From NCBI GenBank assembly GCA_965222375.1, contig CBDCTZ010000009.1, positions 64,001-128,000 on the forward strand: a DNA stretch of 64,000 nt. The letters run 5' to 3'. The translations under genes were made by a program, and so were the position numbers. The notes beneath the pieces are model-generated. The model was not told the DNA's origin. It saw only the letters and a program-made list of their open reading frames with translations, and did not search any database. How positions within the stretch are numbered: the first letter of the stretch is position 1; each line of letters opens with the position of its first letter. This stretch comes from Polyangiaceae bacterium. Lineage in GTDB: Bacteria; Myxococcota_A; Polyangia; Polyangiales; Polyangiaceae. Shown piece after piece: positions 52,953-61,890 of the stretch.

Positions 52953-54629
52953 GTGCCTGACGGCTCGAGAATTGCGGCGCGCTGGCGAGCTTGGCTGCGG
53001 CTGGCGCTTTGGGTCCCGGTCTTGTCCCTGACCGCGTGCCGAAGCACGCCGGCAAAGCCCGCCGCCGCCGCCAGCGCGGACGCCGCAAGCGACACCGCAG
53101 TCCTTCCGAGTCGCGCAGAGGTTGTGGCCGAAGCGGACCGCTTGGCCGTCGCCGGCGAACGAGCGAAGGGTGCTGAGCGCGCTCGCTTGTCTCTGGACGC
53201 CGCGCGCCTTCGCACTCGGATATGGCGACTGGAGCGTCGCGAAACAGACGCCCTAGAGGCACTGGAGCTGTACGGCACTGCCGCCAAGCACGCCGACCGT
53301 GCCTGCGACGCCGCCTTGGAAGCCGCGCTTCTCCAGGGTGAGATGCGGCGGGATCCGAATGAGACCTATCGCGCGGTGTACACGCTGAGCGTCGGCAAGA
53401 AGAGTAAGGCGTGCAAGGAGCGCTGTAAGACGGTTCTCGAGACCCTTGCAGCCTTTCGACCCTTACCGACGGTCTTGTCCGACCTGAAACGGAAGGCCAG
53501 CGGTTTGGATGCGGCTGGTGCCGATGCTCAAGCCGTCGCCACCACAACCCACGATCGCTCGGGCCCCGTGGTTACGCCGATCTTGCCGAAGTCCGCTCCG
53601 AGCGGGCCTGTGCGCATCACGGGGATCGAGCGTTACGGCTCCGAAGACGCCGCCCGCATCGTGGTGTCAATCACGCGGCCTGCGCTCTTTCAAGTCGGGT
53701 TCATCGGGCGCGATGGCGCGAAGGACCCGCGGCTGTACGTGGACGTGAAGGCGGCGCGCTACAAAGGCAAGCTAGCCTTCGACGTTGGCGGGTTGGTCCG
53801 GCGAGTGCGGGTTGGCAAACACAAGACCGGCGCCCGCATCGTTTTGGATCTACGCCAAGCGGTCTACCGCAAAGTCTTCTACTTGCCCGAGCCATTCCGA
53901 CTCGTCATCGACGTTTCGAAGGAGCCTCCGCAGGCCGCGGAACAACCCGGCAGTAGCCGAACCGTACGCAGGGTGGTGCTCGACCCGGGCCATGGCGGAC
54001 ACGATCCCGGGGCGGTGGGCCCCGGTGGCTTGCGAGAAAAGGACGTAACTCTAGATGTCGCGCACCGCGCGGCTCCCCTGATCGCTCGGGAGCTCGGGAT
54101 CTCCACCATGTTGACCCGTGATGCCGACGATTTTGTGCCCTTGGATGAGCGCGCGGCCCGCGCCAACGCCTTCCAAGCCGATTTATTCCTGTCCGTTCAT
54201 TGCAACGCCAGCGAAGACGGCGAGGGACGTGGGGTGATGACTTTCGTACTGGATCAGTCTCGGGACAATCACGCCTTGCGCATTGCCGCACGAGAGAATG
54301 CGGCATCGCCCGCAGCCGCGGCGGAACTCGCGAACGCGCTGTCCCAGGTAGTGGACCAGGGTGTGCGGACCCGCTCCCTCCACTTCGCGGAGCTGTTGCA
54401 GCGCTCCACCATGGCCTCCCTGGCGCAGGGCTATGGGGACGTCTCGGACCAGGGCGTCAAGCGGGCGGGCTTCTACGTCTTGGCGGGCGCGCGCATGCCC
54501 GCTGCCCTGTACGAGACGTCGTTCATTTCGCATCCCACTGAGGAGATGCGTCTCAACACAGGCGACTACCGCCAGAAGCTAGCGGACGCGATCGTCAACG
54601 CCGTCCGCGCGTACCGCGACGGCAAGTGA
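52953..54629 (+). CDS. N-acetylmuramoyl-L-alanine amidase (AMIN + Amidase_3), probable lipoprotein
   Basis: LTAC lipobox. AMIN-like PRLYVD and PFRLVID. Catalytic VVLDPGHGGHDPGA, EKDVTL, FLSVHCNA and ALYETSFIS. Confidence 0.93.
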   Translation: MPDGSRIAARWRAWLRLALWVPVLSLTACRSTPAKPAAAASADAASDTAVLPSRAEVVAEADRLAVAGERAKGAERARLSLDAARLRTRIWRLERRETDALEALELYGTAAKHADRACDAALEAALLQGEMRRDPNETYRAVYTLSVGKKSKACKERCKTVLETLAAFRPLPTVLSDLKRKASGLDAAGADAQAVATTTHDRSGPVVTPILPKSAPSGPVRITGIERYGSEDAARIVVSITRPALFQVGFIGRDGAKDPRLYVDVKAARYKGKLAFDVGGLVRRVRVGKHKTGARIVLDLRQAVYRKVFYLPEPFRLVIDVSKEPPQAAEQPGSSRTVRRVVLDPGHGGHDPGAVGPGGLREKDVTLDVAHRAAPLIARELGISTMLTRDADDFVPLDERAARANAFQADLFLSVHCNASEDGEGRGVMTFVLDQSRDNHALRIAARENAASPAAAAELANALSQVVDQGVRTRSLHFAELLQRSTMASLAQGYGDVSDQGVKRAGFYVLAGARMPAALYETSFISHPTEEMRLNTGDYRQKLADAIVNAVRAYRDGK

Positions 54630-54641
54630 TCCGGCTGCCCT

Positions 54642-55517
54642 TCAGGCGCGCTTGGGCAAAAACCGCGTTCCGCTCAGAACGAAGCGGGTTGGGGCCGCGG
54701 GATCTTCCGGCGCCGGGGCGTCTTCCGGGTAGAGGGGGTCGCCGGGCAAGGCGAGCACCATTTGTTCCCCATCCATGCAGAAATGAGGGCAGATCGGGTC
54801 GAGGGAGCCGGCTGCAGCCTGCTCGACGGCTTCGCTCACGCTATTGACTCGTGCCAGCTGCGCCAGGGTCTGTGACGTGGGCGGAGCGAGAAAGATTTCG
54901 CCCTCAGACCATCGTTCGAGCACATCTGCGGGCGTGGCCCAGAAGCTGGACGTAGTCTCATGGTCATCGTGGAGCCCCAGTTGGGATTCGCCAAAGGGTA
55001 GGACGTAGAAGCGTGTGTCGTAGCGGCGCTGCTCGGCTTTGGGTGTGATCCAACGACTCAGCGCGATCAGTCGCGCGGTGTCTAGATCCAGCTTGCGCTC
55101 CTCGAGCAGGGCGTGGAAGGCTCGAGCTTCGCCGCTCGGACTGAGCGTGGCGAGGCGCGCCCGTAGTTCTTTGGTCTCCTCGTCTCGTAGGTCCCTTCCG
55201 GCAACCGCGAGCAGTGTGGCCTCCTCGAAGAGCTCTCGCAGCGCGGCCACGGCGAAGGGCAAGGGTTGTTCAGCCACCGCAGCCGCTCGGGTGGAAAGCC
55301 CGTTGGTGACGTTGCTCCAATCCAGCTCGCGATCCTCTCCAGCGACTTTGCCGCCCGGAAACACCACGGCTCCGCCCAGGAACCCGGACTTGCTGTGGCG
55401 CTTGACGCAAAACACCTCGACGCCCTGCTCGCCTTTCCTGAGCACCACGACGGTGGCAGCATCTTTGGGGGTGACTGGGGCCCGTGCCGAATCCAAGTCC
55501 AACATGGGGCGGAGCAT
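54642..55517 (-). CDS. NUDIX hydrolase (NUDT19-like)
   Basis: PKDAATVVVLR, VFPGGKV, AALRELFEEA, RWITP...RRYDTRFY and APPT. Start uncertain (55541, 55517 or 55505). Confidence 0.9.
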   Translation of the reverse strand: MLRPMLDLDSARAPVTPKDAATVVVLRKGEQGVEVFCVKRHSKSGFLGGAVVFPGGKVAGEDRELDWSNVTNGLSTRAAAVAEQPLPFAVAALRELFEEATLLAVAGRDLRDEETKELRARLATLSPSGEARAFHALLEERKLDLDTARLIALSRWITPKAEQRRYDTRFYVLPFGESQLGLHDDHETTSSFWATPADVLERWSEGEIFLAPPTSQTLAQLARVNSVSEAVEQAAAGSLDPICPHFCMDGEQMVLALPGDPLYPEDAPAPEDPAAPTRFVLSGTRFLPKRA

Positions 55518-55614
55518 AGCCGACGCGCTGGAGCGGGCCACCCGGGGCCGGCCTTGGCAAAATCCTCTGCAATTCTACCGGATTGCAGCCGCGGGCCGCC
55601 GCGTCGATCAGGCG

Positions 55615-55643
55615 TTGACGACGGCAGGATTCGACCCTAGCTT
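55615..55643 (+). promoter_or_regulatory. Putative sigma70 promoter for dksA
   Basis: TTGACG (55615-55620), N17, TAGCTT (55638-55643). Confidence 0.5.
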
Positions 55644-55683
55644 ACCCCGCTCCGCGCGGCAGGCGCGGGGAGTCAGTCGAGCA

Positions 55684-56046
55684 ATGACGAAGACACAGTT
55701 GAAGAAGTTCAAGGAGCTCCTCGAATCCAAGCGTCGGGAGATTGTGCGTCGTGCGCAACAGACCCTCGATGAGGACATGACCCTGGATGCGAACGATCTC
55801 CCCGACGAGATGGACCTAGCTTCTAGCGAGTACTTGCAATCGTTTACTTTTCGGCTGCGAGGTCGCGAAAAGGTTTTCTTGGACAAGATCCAGAAAGCCC
55901 TGGAGAAGATCGAGGATGGAAGTTTTGGCGTCTGCGATGACTGCGAAGACAAGATCTCGATCAAGCGTCTAGAAGCCCGTCCTGAGACGACTCTTTGTAT
56001 TCGCTGCAAAGAGGATCAGGAACGCGTCGAAAAAGACTTCAGCTAG
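55684..56046 (+). CDS. dksA: DksA/TraR family C4 zinc-finger RNA polymerase-binding protein (120 aa)
   Basis: DEMDLAS (DxxDxA) coiled-coil tip, CDDC...RLEARP...CIRC; GGGGAG RBS. Confidence 0.92.
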   Translation: MTKTQLKKFKELLESKRREIVRRAQQTLDEDMTLDANDLPDEMDLASSEYLQSFTFRLRGREKVFLDKIQKALEKIEDGSFGVCDDCEDKISIKRLEARPETTLCIRCKEDQERVEKDFS

Positions 56047-58928
56047 CGAGCGCTGCCGCGCTTGCGACCGCGCTTCGCGGGCGTGACGAGCGCTTCCGCC
56101 GCGTCCAAGACTCGTTTCAGGTGCTCGCCGGTGTGGCTTTGCTCTGCCGTCGCCACTCGCTCTGGCGTTCCCGTCGCCACGATCTCGCCACCACCCTGAC
56201 CGCCTTCGGGACCGAGATCGACCATCCAATCCGCGCAGGCCACCAGGTCGAGGTTGTGTTCGATGAGCACGATGGTGTTTCCAGCATCCCGCAAACCGTA
56301 TAGCGCCAGGGTCAGTAACTCGATGTCCTGAAAGTGCAGACCCGTCGTGGGCTCATCCAGTACGTAGAGCGTGCTTCCAGTCGCTTTTCGCGCCAATTCG
56401 GTGGCGAGCTTGACCCGCTGGGCTTCGCCGCCGCTCAAGGTGGTTGCCGGCTGCCCCAGTTGGACATAGCCCAGGCCGACCTGGCGCAGGGCGTCCAGTC
56501 GCTGGGCGATTTTGGGGATGGCGTCGAAGATCTCGGCGGCTTCGTCCACGGTGAGGGTCAGCGCGTCAGCCACGGACATGCCCCGGTATCGGATCTCCAG
56601 GGTCTCACGGTTGTAGCGGCGGCCGGAACACGCGTCGCAGCCGACATAGACGTCAGGCAAGAAGTGCATCTCGACGCGAAGTACTCCATCGCCCTGACAC
56701 GCTTCGCAGCGGCCGCCTTTGACGTTGAAAGAGAAACGCCCCGCGCGATATCCCCGGGCTCGAGCTTCCGGCAGGGTCGCGTACAGCTCCCGCAGATAGG
56801 TGAATATGCCGGTATAGGTCGCGGGGTTCGAGCGGGGCGTACGCCCGATGGGTGCCTGGTCGATACTGATGACCTTATCGATGTGCTCCAAGCCGTCGAT
56901 CCGTTCACAGGGCCCAACCCAGCCCGTCGAGCCGTACAGGGCCGCGCGGGCCGCGCTCAGCAACGTGTCTACTACCAAGCTGCTCTTGCCGGAGCCGCTC
57001 ACGCCCGTCACGGCGGTGATCAGACCCAACGGCAACTCCAGGGTCACGTTCTTCAGGTTGTGGGCGCTGGCTCCCACGACGCGCAGCTTCTTCTTGCTGG
57101 GTTTAGTGCGCTTGCTCGGCACTGGCAGGCGCCGCTGCCCAGAGAGATAGGGCCCGGTCACGCTCTGCTTGTCCTTGATCAGGGCGTCGGGTTTGCCCTG
57201 AGCGACTATTTCGCCACCATGCCGACCCGCGGCGGGTCCCATGTCCACGACCCAATCTGCGGCCATGATCGCGTCTCGATCGTGCTCGACGACGATCACG
57301 CTGTTGCCCTTGTCGACCAGGCTGCGAACCGCGCCCAACAGGCGCGCATTGTCTCGGGCATGCAGCCCGACGCTCGGCTCATCCAGTACGTAGAGCACCC
57401 CGACGAGGGACGCGCCGATCTGCGTAGCTAGACGAATGCGTTGCCCCTCGCCCCCCGAGAGGGTTTGGGCAGGGCGATCGATGGACAGGTAATCCAAACC
57501 GACGTCCACCAGGAATCGCAGGCGGTCCGTGACAGCACGGATGAGAGGTTCTGCGATCGCCTTGTGCTTTGCTGACAGTACGTCTTTGCCCTCAAGGCCC
57601 AGCAGCGTCGCGCGCAATTCCGATAGCGGCAGAGCGCCGAGGGAGGCGATGTGGTGCTGTCCCACGCGGACGAATAGGACCTCCGGTCGGACCCGAGTAC
57701 CGTTGCAGCTGTCGCAAGTTTGCGACGCCACGAAGCGGCCTAGATCTTCCGGGCCAATACCACCATCCTCCGGCTCTTCGTCGCTCGTCTCGAGGGGTTG
57801 ACCCGTTTCGAGCATCGCGGCGAGGCGCGGCACGATGCCAACGTAGGGCTCGGACTTCTTGCGCCGCTTCGTCGGCGTCTCCCCAAACAAGATGGTCTGG
57901 CGGGTCGTGTTGGGAAGTTCCGCGAAGGGTACGTCTGGGTCGGCGCCCAAGGCCTTGACGACTCGGGCAACCTCCGTGGCAGTCGCCACTGAGCCGCGTC
58001 GCCCAAATGCGGCCACCGCGCCTTCACGCAGTGTGCGAGAGTCGTCCGGGACTGCACGCTTGGGATCAATGGTATCCCGTCGCCCCAACCCGTCGCAGGC
58101 CGGACAGGCCCCGTGTGGGCTGTTGAAGGAGAAAAGCCGGGGCTCCAGCGGGGGCAATTGGACGCCGTGCTCCCAGCAGACCAAGCGCTCACTCATCACT
58201 TCGGGGGGGCTCCCGTCCGCGGCGTCTATCAAGATGGTGCCGTCGCCCAAGGCCAGAGCAAGCTCGATGGAATCCGTGAGCCGGCCCTTGACGCCTTCCT
58301 TGACCACGATGCGATCCACAACGACCTCGAGGTCGTGTCGCTTCGTGGTGTCAGCATGCACGTCGTCTCCGAGATCGATGGCCAAGCCGTCGAGCCGCGC
58401 TCGAACGTAGCCCTCGCGGCGCAGGCGGTCGATCTCGTCGCCCACATCCCCTTTGTGTCGCCGCAGGACCGGTGAGAGCAGGATGGCTCGTGCGCCTTCC
58501 CCACGCTCCATGACGCTGTCGACCATTTCTTGAACGGTGAAGGCGCGCAGGGCTTCGCCATCCACGGGGCAATGCGGCGTGCCTATGCGGGCAAAGAGCA
58601 GCCGCAAGTAGTCAGCAATTTCCGTCACGGTCCCCACCGTGGAGCGCGGGCTCTTTCCCAGAGCCTTCTGCTCGATGGCAATCGCGGGGCTCAAGCCTTC
58701 GATGCTCTCCACGCGAGGCTTCGGTAGTTGGTCGAGGAACTGCCGAGCGTAGGCGGAAAGGCTCTCCACGTAGCGACGCTGGCCCTCTGCGTAGATGGTA
58801 TCGAAGGCGAGGGACGATTTTCCGGATCCGCTCGGCCCGGTGATCACAACCAGGTGCTGCCGCGGCAAATCGCAGCTCACGTTTTTCAGGTTGTGCTGCG
58901 TCGCACCGCGCACGGAAAGCTGGTCCAT
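56043..58928 (-). CDS. uvrA: Excinuclease ABC subunit A
   Basis: GATQHNLKNV, GPSGSGKSSLAFDTIYAEGQRRY, two LSGGE signatures, second Walker A GVSGSGKSS and zinc fingers; 961 aa. Confidence 0.99.
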   Translation of the reverse strand: MDQLSVRGATQHNLKNVSCDLPRQHLVVITGPSGSGKSSLAFDTIYAEGQRRYVESLSAYARQFLDQLPKPRVESIEGLSPAIAIEQKALGKSPRSTVGTVTEIADYLRLLFARIGTPHCPVDGEALRAFTVQEMVDSVMERGEGARAILLSPVLRRHKGDVGDEIDRLRREGYVRARLDGLAIDLGDDVHADTTKRHDLEVVVDRIVVKEGVKGRLTDSIELALALGDGTILIDAADGSPPEVMSERLVCWEHGVQLPPLEPRLFSFNSPHGACPACDGLGRRDTIDPKRAVPDDSRTLREGAVAAFGRRGSVATATEVARVVKALGADPDVPFAELPNTTRQTILFGETPTKRRKKSEPYVGIVPRLAAMLETGQPLETSDEEPEDGGIGPEDLGRFVASQTCDSCNGTRVRPEVLFVRVGQHHIASLGALPLSELRATLLGLEGKDVLSAKHKAIAEPLIRAVTDRLRFLVDVGLDYLSIDRPAQTLSGGEGQRIRLATQIGASLVGVLYVLDEPSVGLHARDNARLLGAVRSLVDKGNSVIVVEHDRDAIMAADWVVDMGPAAGRHGGEIVAQGKPDALIKDKQSVTGPYLSGQRRLPVPSKRTKPSKKKLRVVGASAHNLKNVTLELPLGLITAVTGVSGSGKSSLVVDTLLSAARAALYGSTGWVGPCERIDGLEHIDKVISIDQAPIGRTPRSNPATYTGIFTYLRELYATLPEARARGYRAGRFSFNVKGGRCEACQGDGVLRVEMHFLPDVYVGCDACSGRRYNRETLEIRYRGMSVADALTLTVDEAAEIFDAIPKIAQRLDALRQVGLGYVQLGQPATTLSGGEAQRVKLATELARKATGSTLYVLDEPTTGLHFQDIELLTLALYGLRDAGNTIVLIEHNLDLVACADWMVDLGPEGGQGGGEIVATGTPERVATAEQSHTGEHLKRVLDAAEALVTPAKRGRKRGSAR

Positions 58929-59016
58929 GACCGCCGCAGAAACTATCGGCGGGCGAGGTCCACGTCGAGCCCCAAAATTTGCCCAAACCCATGAGCATGA
59001 GGCTACTCAGCAGGGC

Positions 59017-59931
59017 GTGATTCCTCCTGATTGGCTCGTTCTGCTTCCCTTGCTGGTAGCGCTGTCCCCGGGCCCCGTCCCGGCCTCGGCCCAGCTGGCG
59101 GCTGCCAGTCTGGTCAGTACGGAAATCGTGGCGTCGCTTCCAGACCCATGCCCCGAGGAGATGGTGCTGGTGGACGGGAACTTCTGCCCGGCCCTGGAAT
59201 ACCAGTGCGATCGCTTTGTGGACCCAGCGGCCCCCAGTTGCGCGGAGTATGCCCGTAAGCCGGAGTGCCGGTACAACGAGGTGAGCAAGCGGGTCTGCAT
59301 CGATCGCCATGAGTGGCCGAACAAGGTTGGAGAGAAGCCCGCCGTCTTCGTGAACTGGTACGAAGCCAAACGCACTTGCGAAAGCGCAGGTAAGCGGCTG
59401 TGTACCCGCGCCGAGTGGACCCTGGCTTGTGAGGGGCCCAAGCGAGCTCCTTATCCCTATGGCTGGGAGCGTCTCCCAAGTCCCTGCAATGTGGGTCGCC
59501 CCGTCGAAGAAGCGAACTTGAAGAAGCTGATCGATCCACGCAGTCGCGAGTCGGAAATCGCGCGCTTGTGGCAGGCGGACCTGATTGGTTCTCACCCAAA
59601 CTGCAAGAGTGCATTTGGCGCATTCGACATGGTGGGAAACGTAGACGAGTGGACGGACAACTCCGAGGAAGGGGATGTGGTCTCGACCCTCAATGGCGGA
59701 TATTGGGGACCCGTTCGCAACACCTGTCGGCTCACGACGAAGACCCACGGCCCCGAGTTTCAGTTCTACCAGATTGGATTTCGTTGCTGCGCCGAGCCTC
59801 GAGATGGCATCGCACTCCCATTGCCCCCTGCGCGCGCCCCGCGCCACGAATTGGAAACGCGGGCGGGACCAGATGGCTGGCCCGTTGCGGTAAGCGAGGA
59901 TCGCGCGCCTGCATCTACACCCCGGGGCTAG
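59017..59931 (+). CDS. FGE-sulfatase (SUMF1/EgtB/PvdO-like) domain exported protein
   Basis: CPEEMVLV, CIDRHEWPN, GKRLCTRAEWTLACEG, DMVGNVDEW and GFRCC. GTG start at 59017 is inferred. Confidence 0.85.
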   Translation: MIPPDWLVLLPLLVALSPGPVPASAQLAAASLVSTEIVASLPDPCPEEMVLVDGNFCPALEYQCDRFVDPAAPSCAEYARKPECRYNEVSKRVCIDRHEWPNKVGEKPAVFVNWYEAKRTCESAGKRLCTRAEWTLACEGPKRAPYPYGWERLPSPCNVGRPVEEANLKKLIDPRSRESEIARLWQADLIGSHPNCKSAFGAFDMVGNVDEWTDNSEEGDVVSTLNGGYWGPVRNTCRLTTKTHGPEFQFYQIGFRCCAEPRDGIALPLPPARAPRHELETRAGPDGWPVAVSEDRAPASTPRG

Positions 59932-59934
59932 GGC

Positions 59935-60786
59935 GTGCGCTGGGCCGTGTGGGTGCTGGTGCTCGCGACGAGCTGCCGACAAGCTCCGTCGGAGCCCACG
60001 GCCGATGCGGCTCCAGTCGCCGCCTCGGCTCAGATGCCTGGGGGTGCACGCTCGGACGCGGCCAGCGATGCGGCAGCTGACGCGTTTCCCAGCGGACCGT
60101 GTCCCGAGGGAATGCTGCTCGTCGCGGGGAAGTTTTGCCCTTACGTTGGACACCGCTGCGTCGAATGGATCCAGAAGGGACGGGATCGCTGCCAGCGCTA
60201 CTCCCGACCACCCATTTGCGAGGGCAAGATCCAGGAGCGAAGGTTTTGTATGGATCGCTACGAGTACCCCAATCAGAAGGGCGTGCTACCGGCGGTGATG
60301 GTCAACTATGTCGAGGCGCTGACGACCTGTCGGGCCGAGGGTAAGCGCTTGTGCACAGAGGACGAGTGGACCTTCGCCTGTGAGGGTGAGGAGCGTGTGC
60401 CCTACCCCTACGGCTATGATCGGGATCCGACGGCCTGCAACATCGATCGACCCCATCTCTTGCCCGATTTCGAAGCATTTGGCCGACCGACTTTGGTGAG
60501 CGGCGAGGTCCAGCGACTGGACAAGCGGGTTCGCAGCGGTGAGATGGCGCGTTGCGTCAGCCCCTTCGGGGTGCACGACCTCACCGGGAACGTCGATGAG
60601 TGGACCGTGAATCCGCTGCCCAAGCGCGACGCGGGCCAGGACGTGTCCAGCCTCAAGGGCGGGTATTTCGGCCCGATTCGTGCGCGCTGTCGCCCAGTGA
60701 CCCGTTCCCACAATCGCTGGTTTCGTTTCTACCAGGTCGGATTTCGCTGTTGCGCGGATCCGGACGCCGCGCCACCATCGAACTAG
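59935..60786 (+). CDS. FGE-sulfatase domain lipoprotein (paralog of the upstream gene)
   Basis: LATSC lipobox-like. CPEGMLLV, CMDRYEYPN, GKRLCTEDEWTFACEG, DLTGNVDEW and GFRCC. Confidence 0.88.
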   Translation: MRWAVWVLVLATSCRQAPSEPTADAAPVAASAQMPGGARSDAASDAAADAFPSGPCPEGMLLVAGKFCPYVGHRCVEWIQKGRDRCQRYSRPPICEGKIQERRFCMDRYEYPNQKGVLPAVMVNYVEALTTCRAEGKRLCTEDEWTFACEGEERVPYPYGYDRDPTACNIDRPHLLPDFEAFGRPTLVSGEVQRLDKRVRSGEMARCVSPFGVHDLTGNVDEWTVNPLPKRDAGQDVSSLKGGYFGPIRARCRPVTRSHNRWFRFYQVGFRCCADPDAAPPSN

Positions 60787-60975
60787 GGCGGGCGAATGGC
60801 GAAAGGGCGGAAAAGCCTTGCAGCCAGCGTTCGTTGGAGCGGCTGTTGCTCCTGTCCCGTGATTCGACTAGGTTTGCGGGCGTGGAGATTGCATGGTCCA
60901 GCGGAGGGGCATTGAGTCACCGCTGGCAGAGCCCTGCTTTCATTCGGCGACTCAGCTGTGGAGCGCCGCACCTTG

Positions 60976-61049
60976 GGGCCCATAGCTCAATCGGTCAGAG
61001 CCCCCGGCTCATAACCGGGCTGTTCCTGGTTCGAACCCAGGTGGGCCCA
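60976..61049 (+). tRNA. tRNA with CAT anticodon, most likely tRNA-Ile2 (lysidine-modified); elongator Met not excluded
   Basis: GGGCCCATAGCTCAATCGGTCAGAGCCCCCGGCTCATAACCGGGCTGTTCCTGGTTCGAACCCAGGTGGGCCCA. Paired G1-C72, so not an initiator. Followed by CCT, so CCA is not fully encoded. Confidence 0.93.
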
Positions 61050-61102
61050 CCTTTGTCTGGTCTTGATCGGGTGCGGTGGCACTCAAGGAGCTTAAGGACA
61101 TC

Positions 61103-61858
61103 GTGACACTTCAAGGGCAGATTGACACGCTTGAAAGCCTCGCAGCCCTGGACGCGGAACTCGCGTCTCTGGGTGGCCAGCTTGCCAGCGAGCGCGAATC
61201 CTTTGACGGAAAGAAATCTCAACTGGCTGAGTTCGAGGCGACACTCACCGCGACGGCCCAAAGCGTCCAGGAAATGGAGCGAGTGCGGGGGGACCTAATC
61301 CAAGAAGTCCGGCAAATGAGCCTGCAGATCGACCGGTCTCGGGAGAAGATGTCCCGAGTTCGAACCGAGCGCGAGGCCAACGCGGCGCAGCGCGAGCTCG
61401 AAGAGCTGCGCAAACTGTTTCGGGATCGGGAAATCGAGATCGAGAAGCTCGCTGGCCTGATTGAACAGGCCAAAGCAGACGGCGATTCCACCACAGAAAA
61501 GCGGGATGCCTTGCTCGCCGAGGTGGGCGCTAGCGAAAGCGATGTCACATCCCATCTCGGCCAGGTGCAGCAGGAAATGACCGCGAAGGAGGAGACGCGC
61601 AAGGGGTTGGTGGAAAACCTGCCTCCTGTGCTCTACCGGCGCTATGAAATGATCCGAAAGCGGCGTGGGGTTGCAATCTCCGCCACGACCGATGGGACCT
61701 GCAGTGCGTGCCACATGCTGCTGCCGCCCATGATGTACCAGACGCTCATGCGCGGGCAGGAGCTTGGCCAGTGCCCGAGCTGCAATCGAATACTGTACTA
61801 CCGACCCGAATCGCCGGCGGAGCCTGTGGAGGCTCAGGACACGACGAGCGGGCCGTGA
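61103..61858 (+). CDS. Coiled-coil protein with a C4-type zinc ribbon (DUF164/CT398-like)
   Basis: Long coiled coil, YEMIRKRRG, CSACHMLLPP...CPSCNRILY. GTG start at 61103 with AAGGA RBS (alternative 61076). Confidence 0.9.
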   Translation: MTLQGQIDTLESLAALDAELASLGGQLASERESFDGKKSQLAEFEATLTATAQSVQEMERVRGDLIQEVRQMSLQIDRSREKMSRVRTEREANAAQRELEELRKLFRDREIEIEKLAGLIEQAKADGDSTTEKRDALLAEVGASESDVTSHLGQVQQEMTAKEETRKGLVENLPPVLYRRYEMIRKRRGVAISATTDGTCSACHMLLPPMMYQTLMRGQELGQCPSCNRILYYRPESPAEPVEAQDTTSGP

Positions 61859-61890
61859 CCCGGGCCTGCGGCTGAAGGCAAGAGGGGATC

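Noticed and set aside
55554..55574. TTGGCA...TGCA as a sigma54 promoter before dksA
   Set aside because: GG-to-GC spacing is 11 nt rather than the required 10.
55039..55683. N-terminal extension of the dksA ORF (335 aa)
   Set aside because: Antisense to the NUDIX gene. DksA homology and the RBS begin at 55684.
58929..59016. LexA/SOS box upstream of uvrA
   Set aside because: No convincing match to a LexA-type operator was seen by eye.
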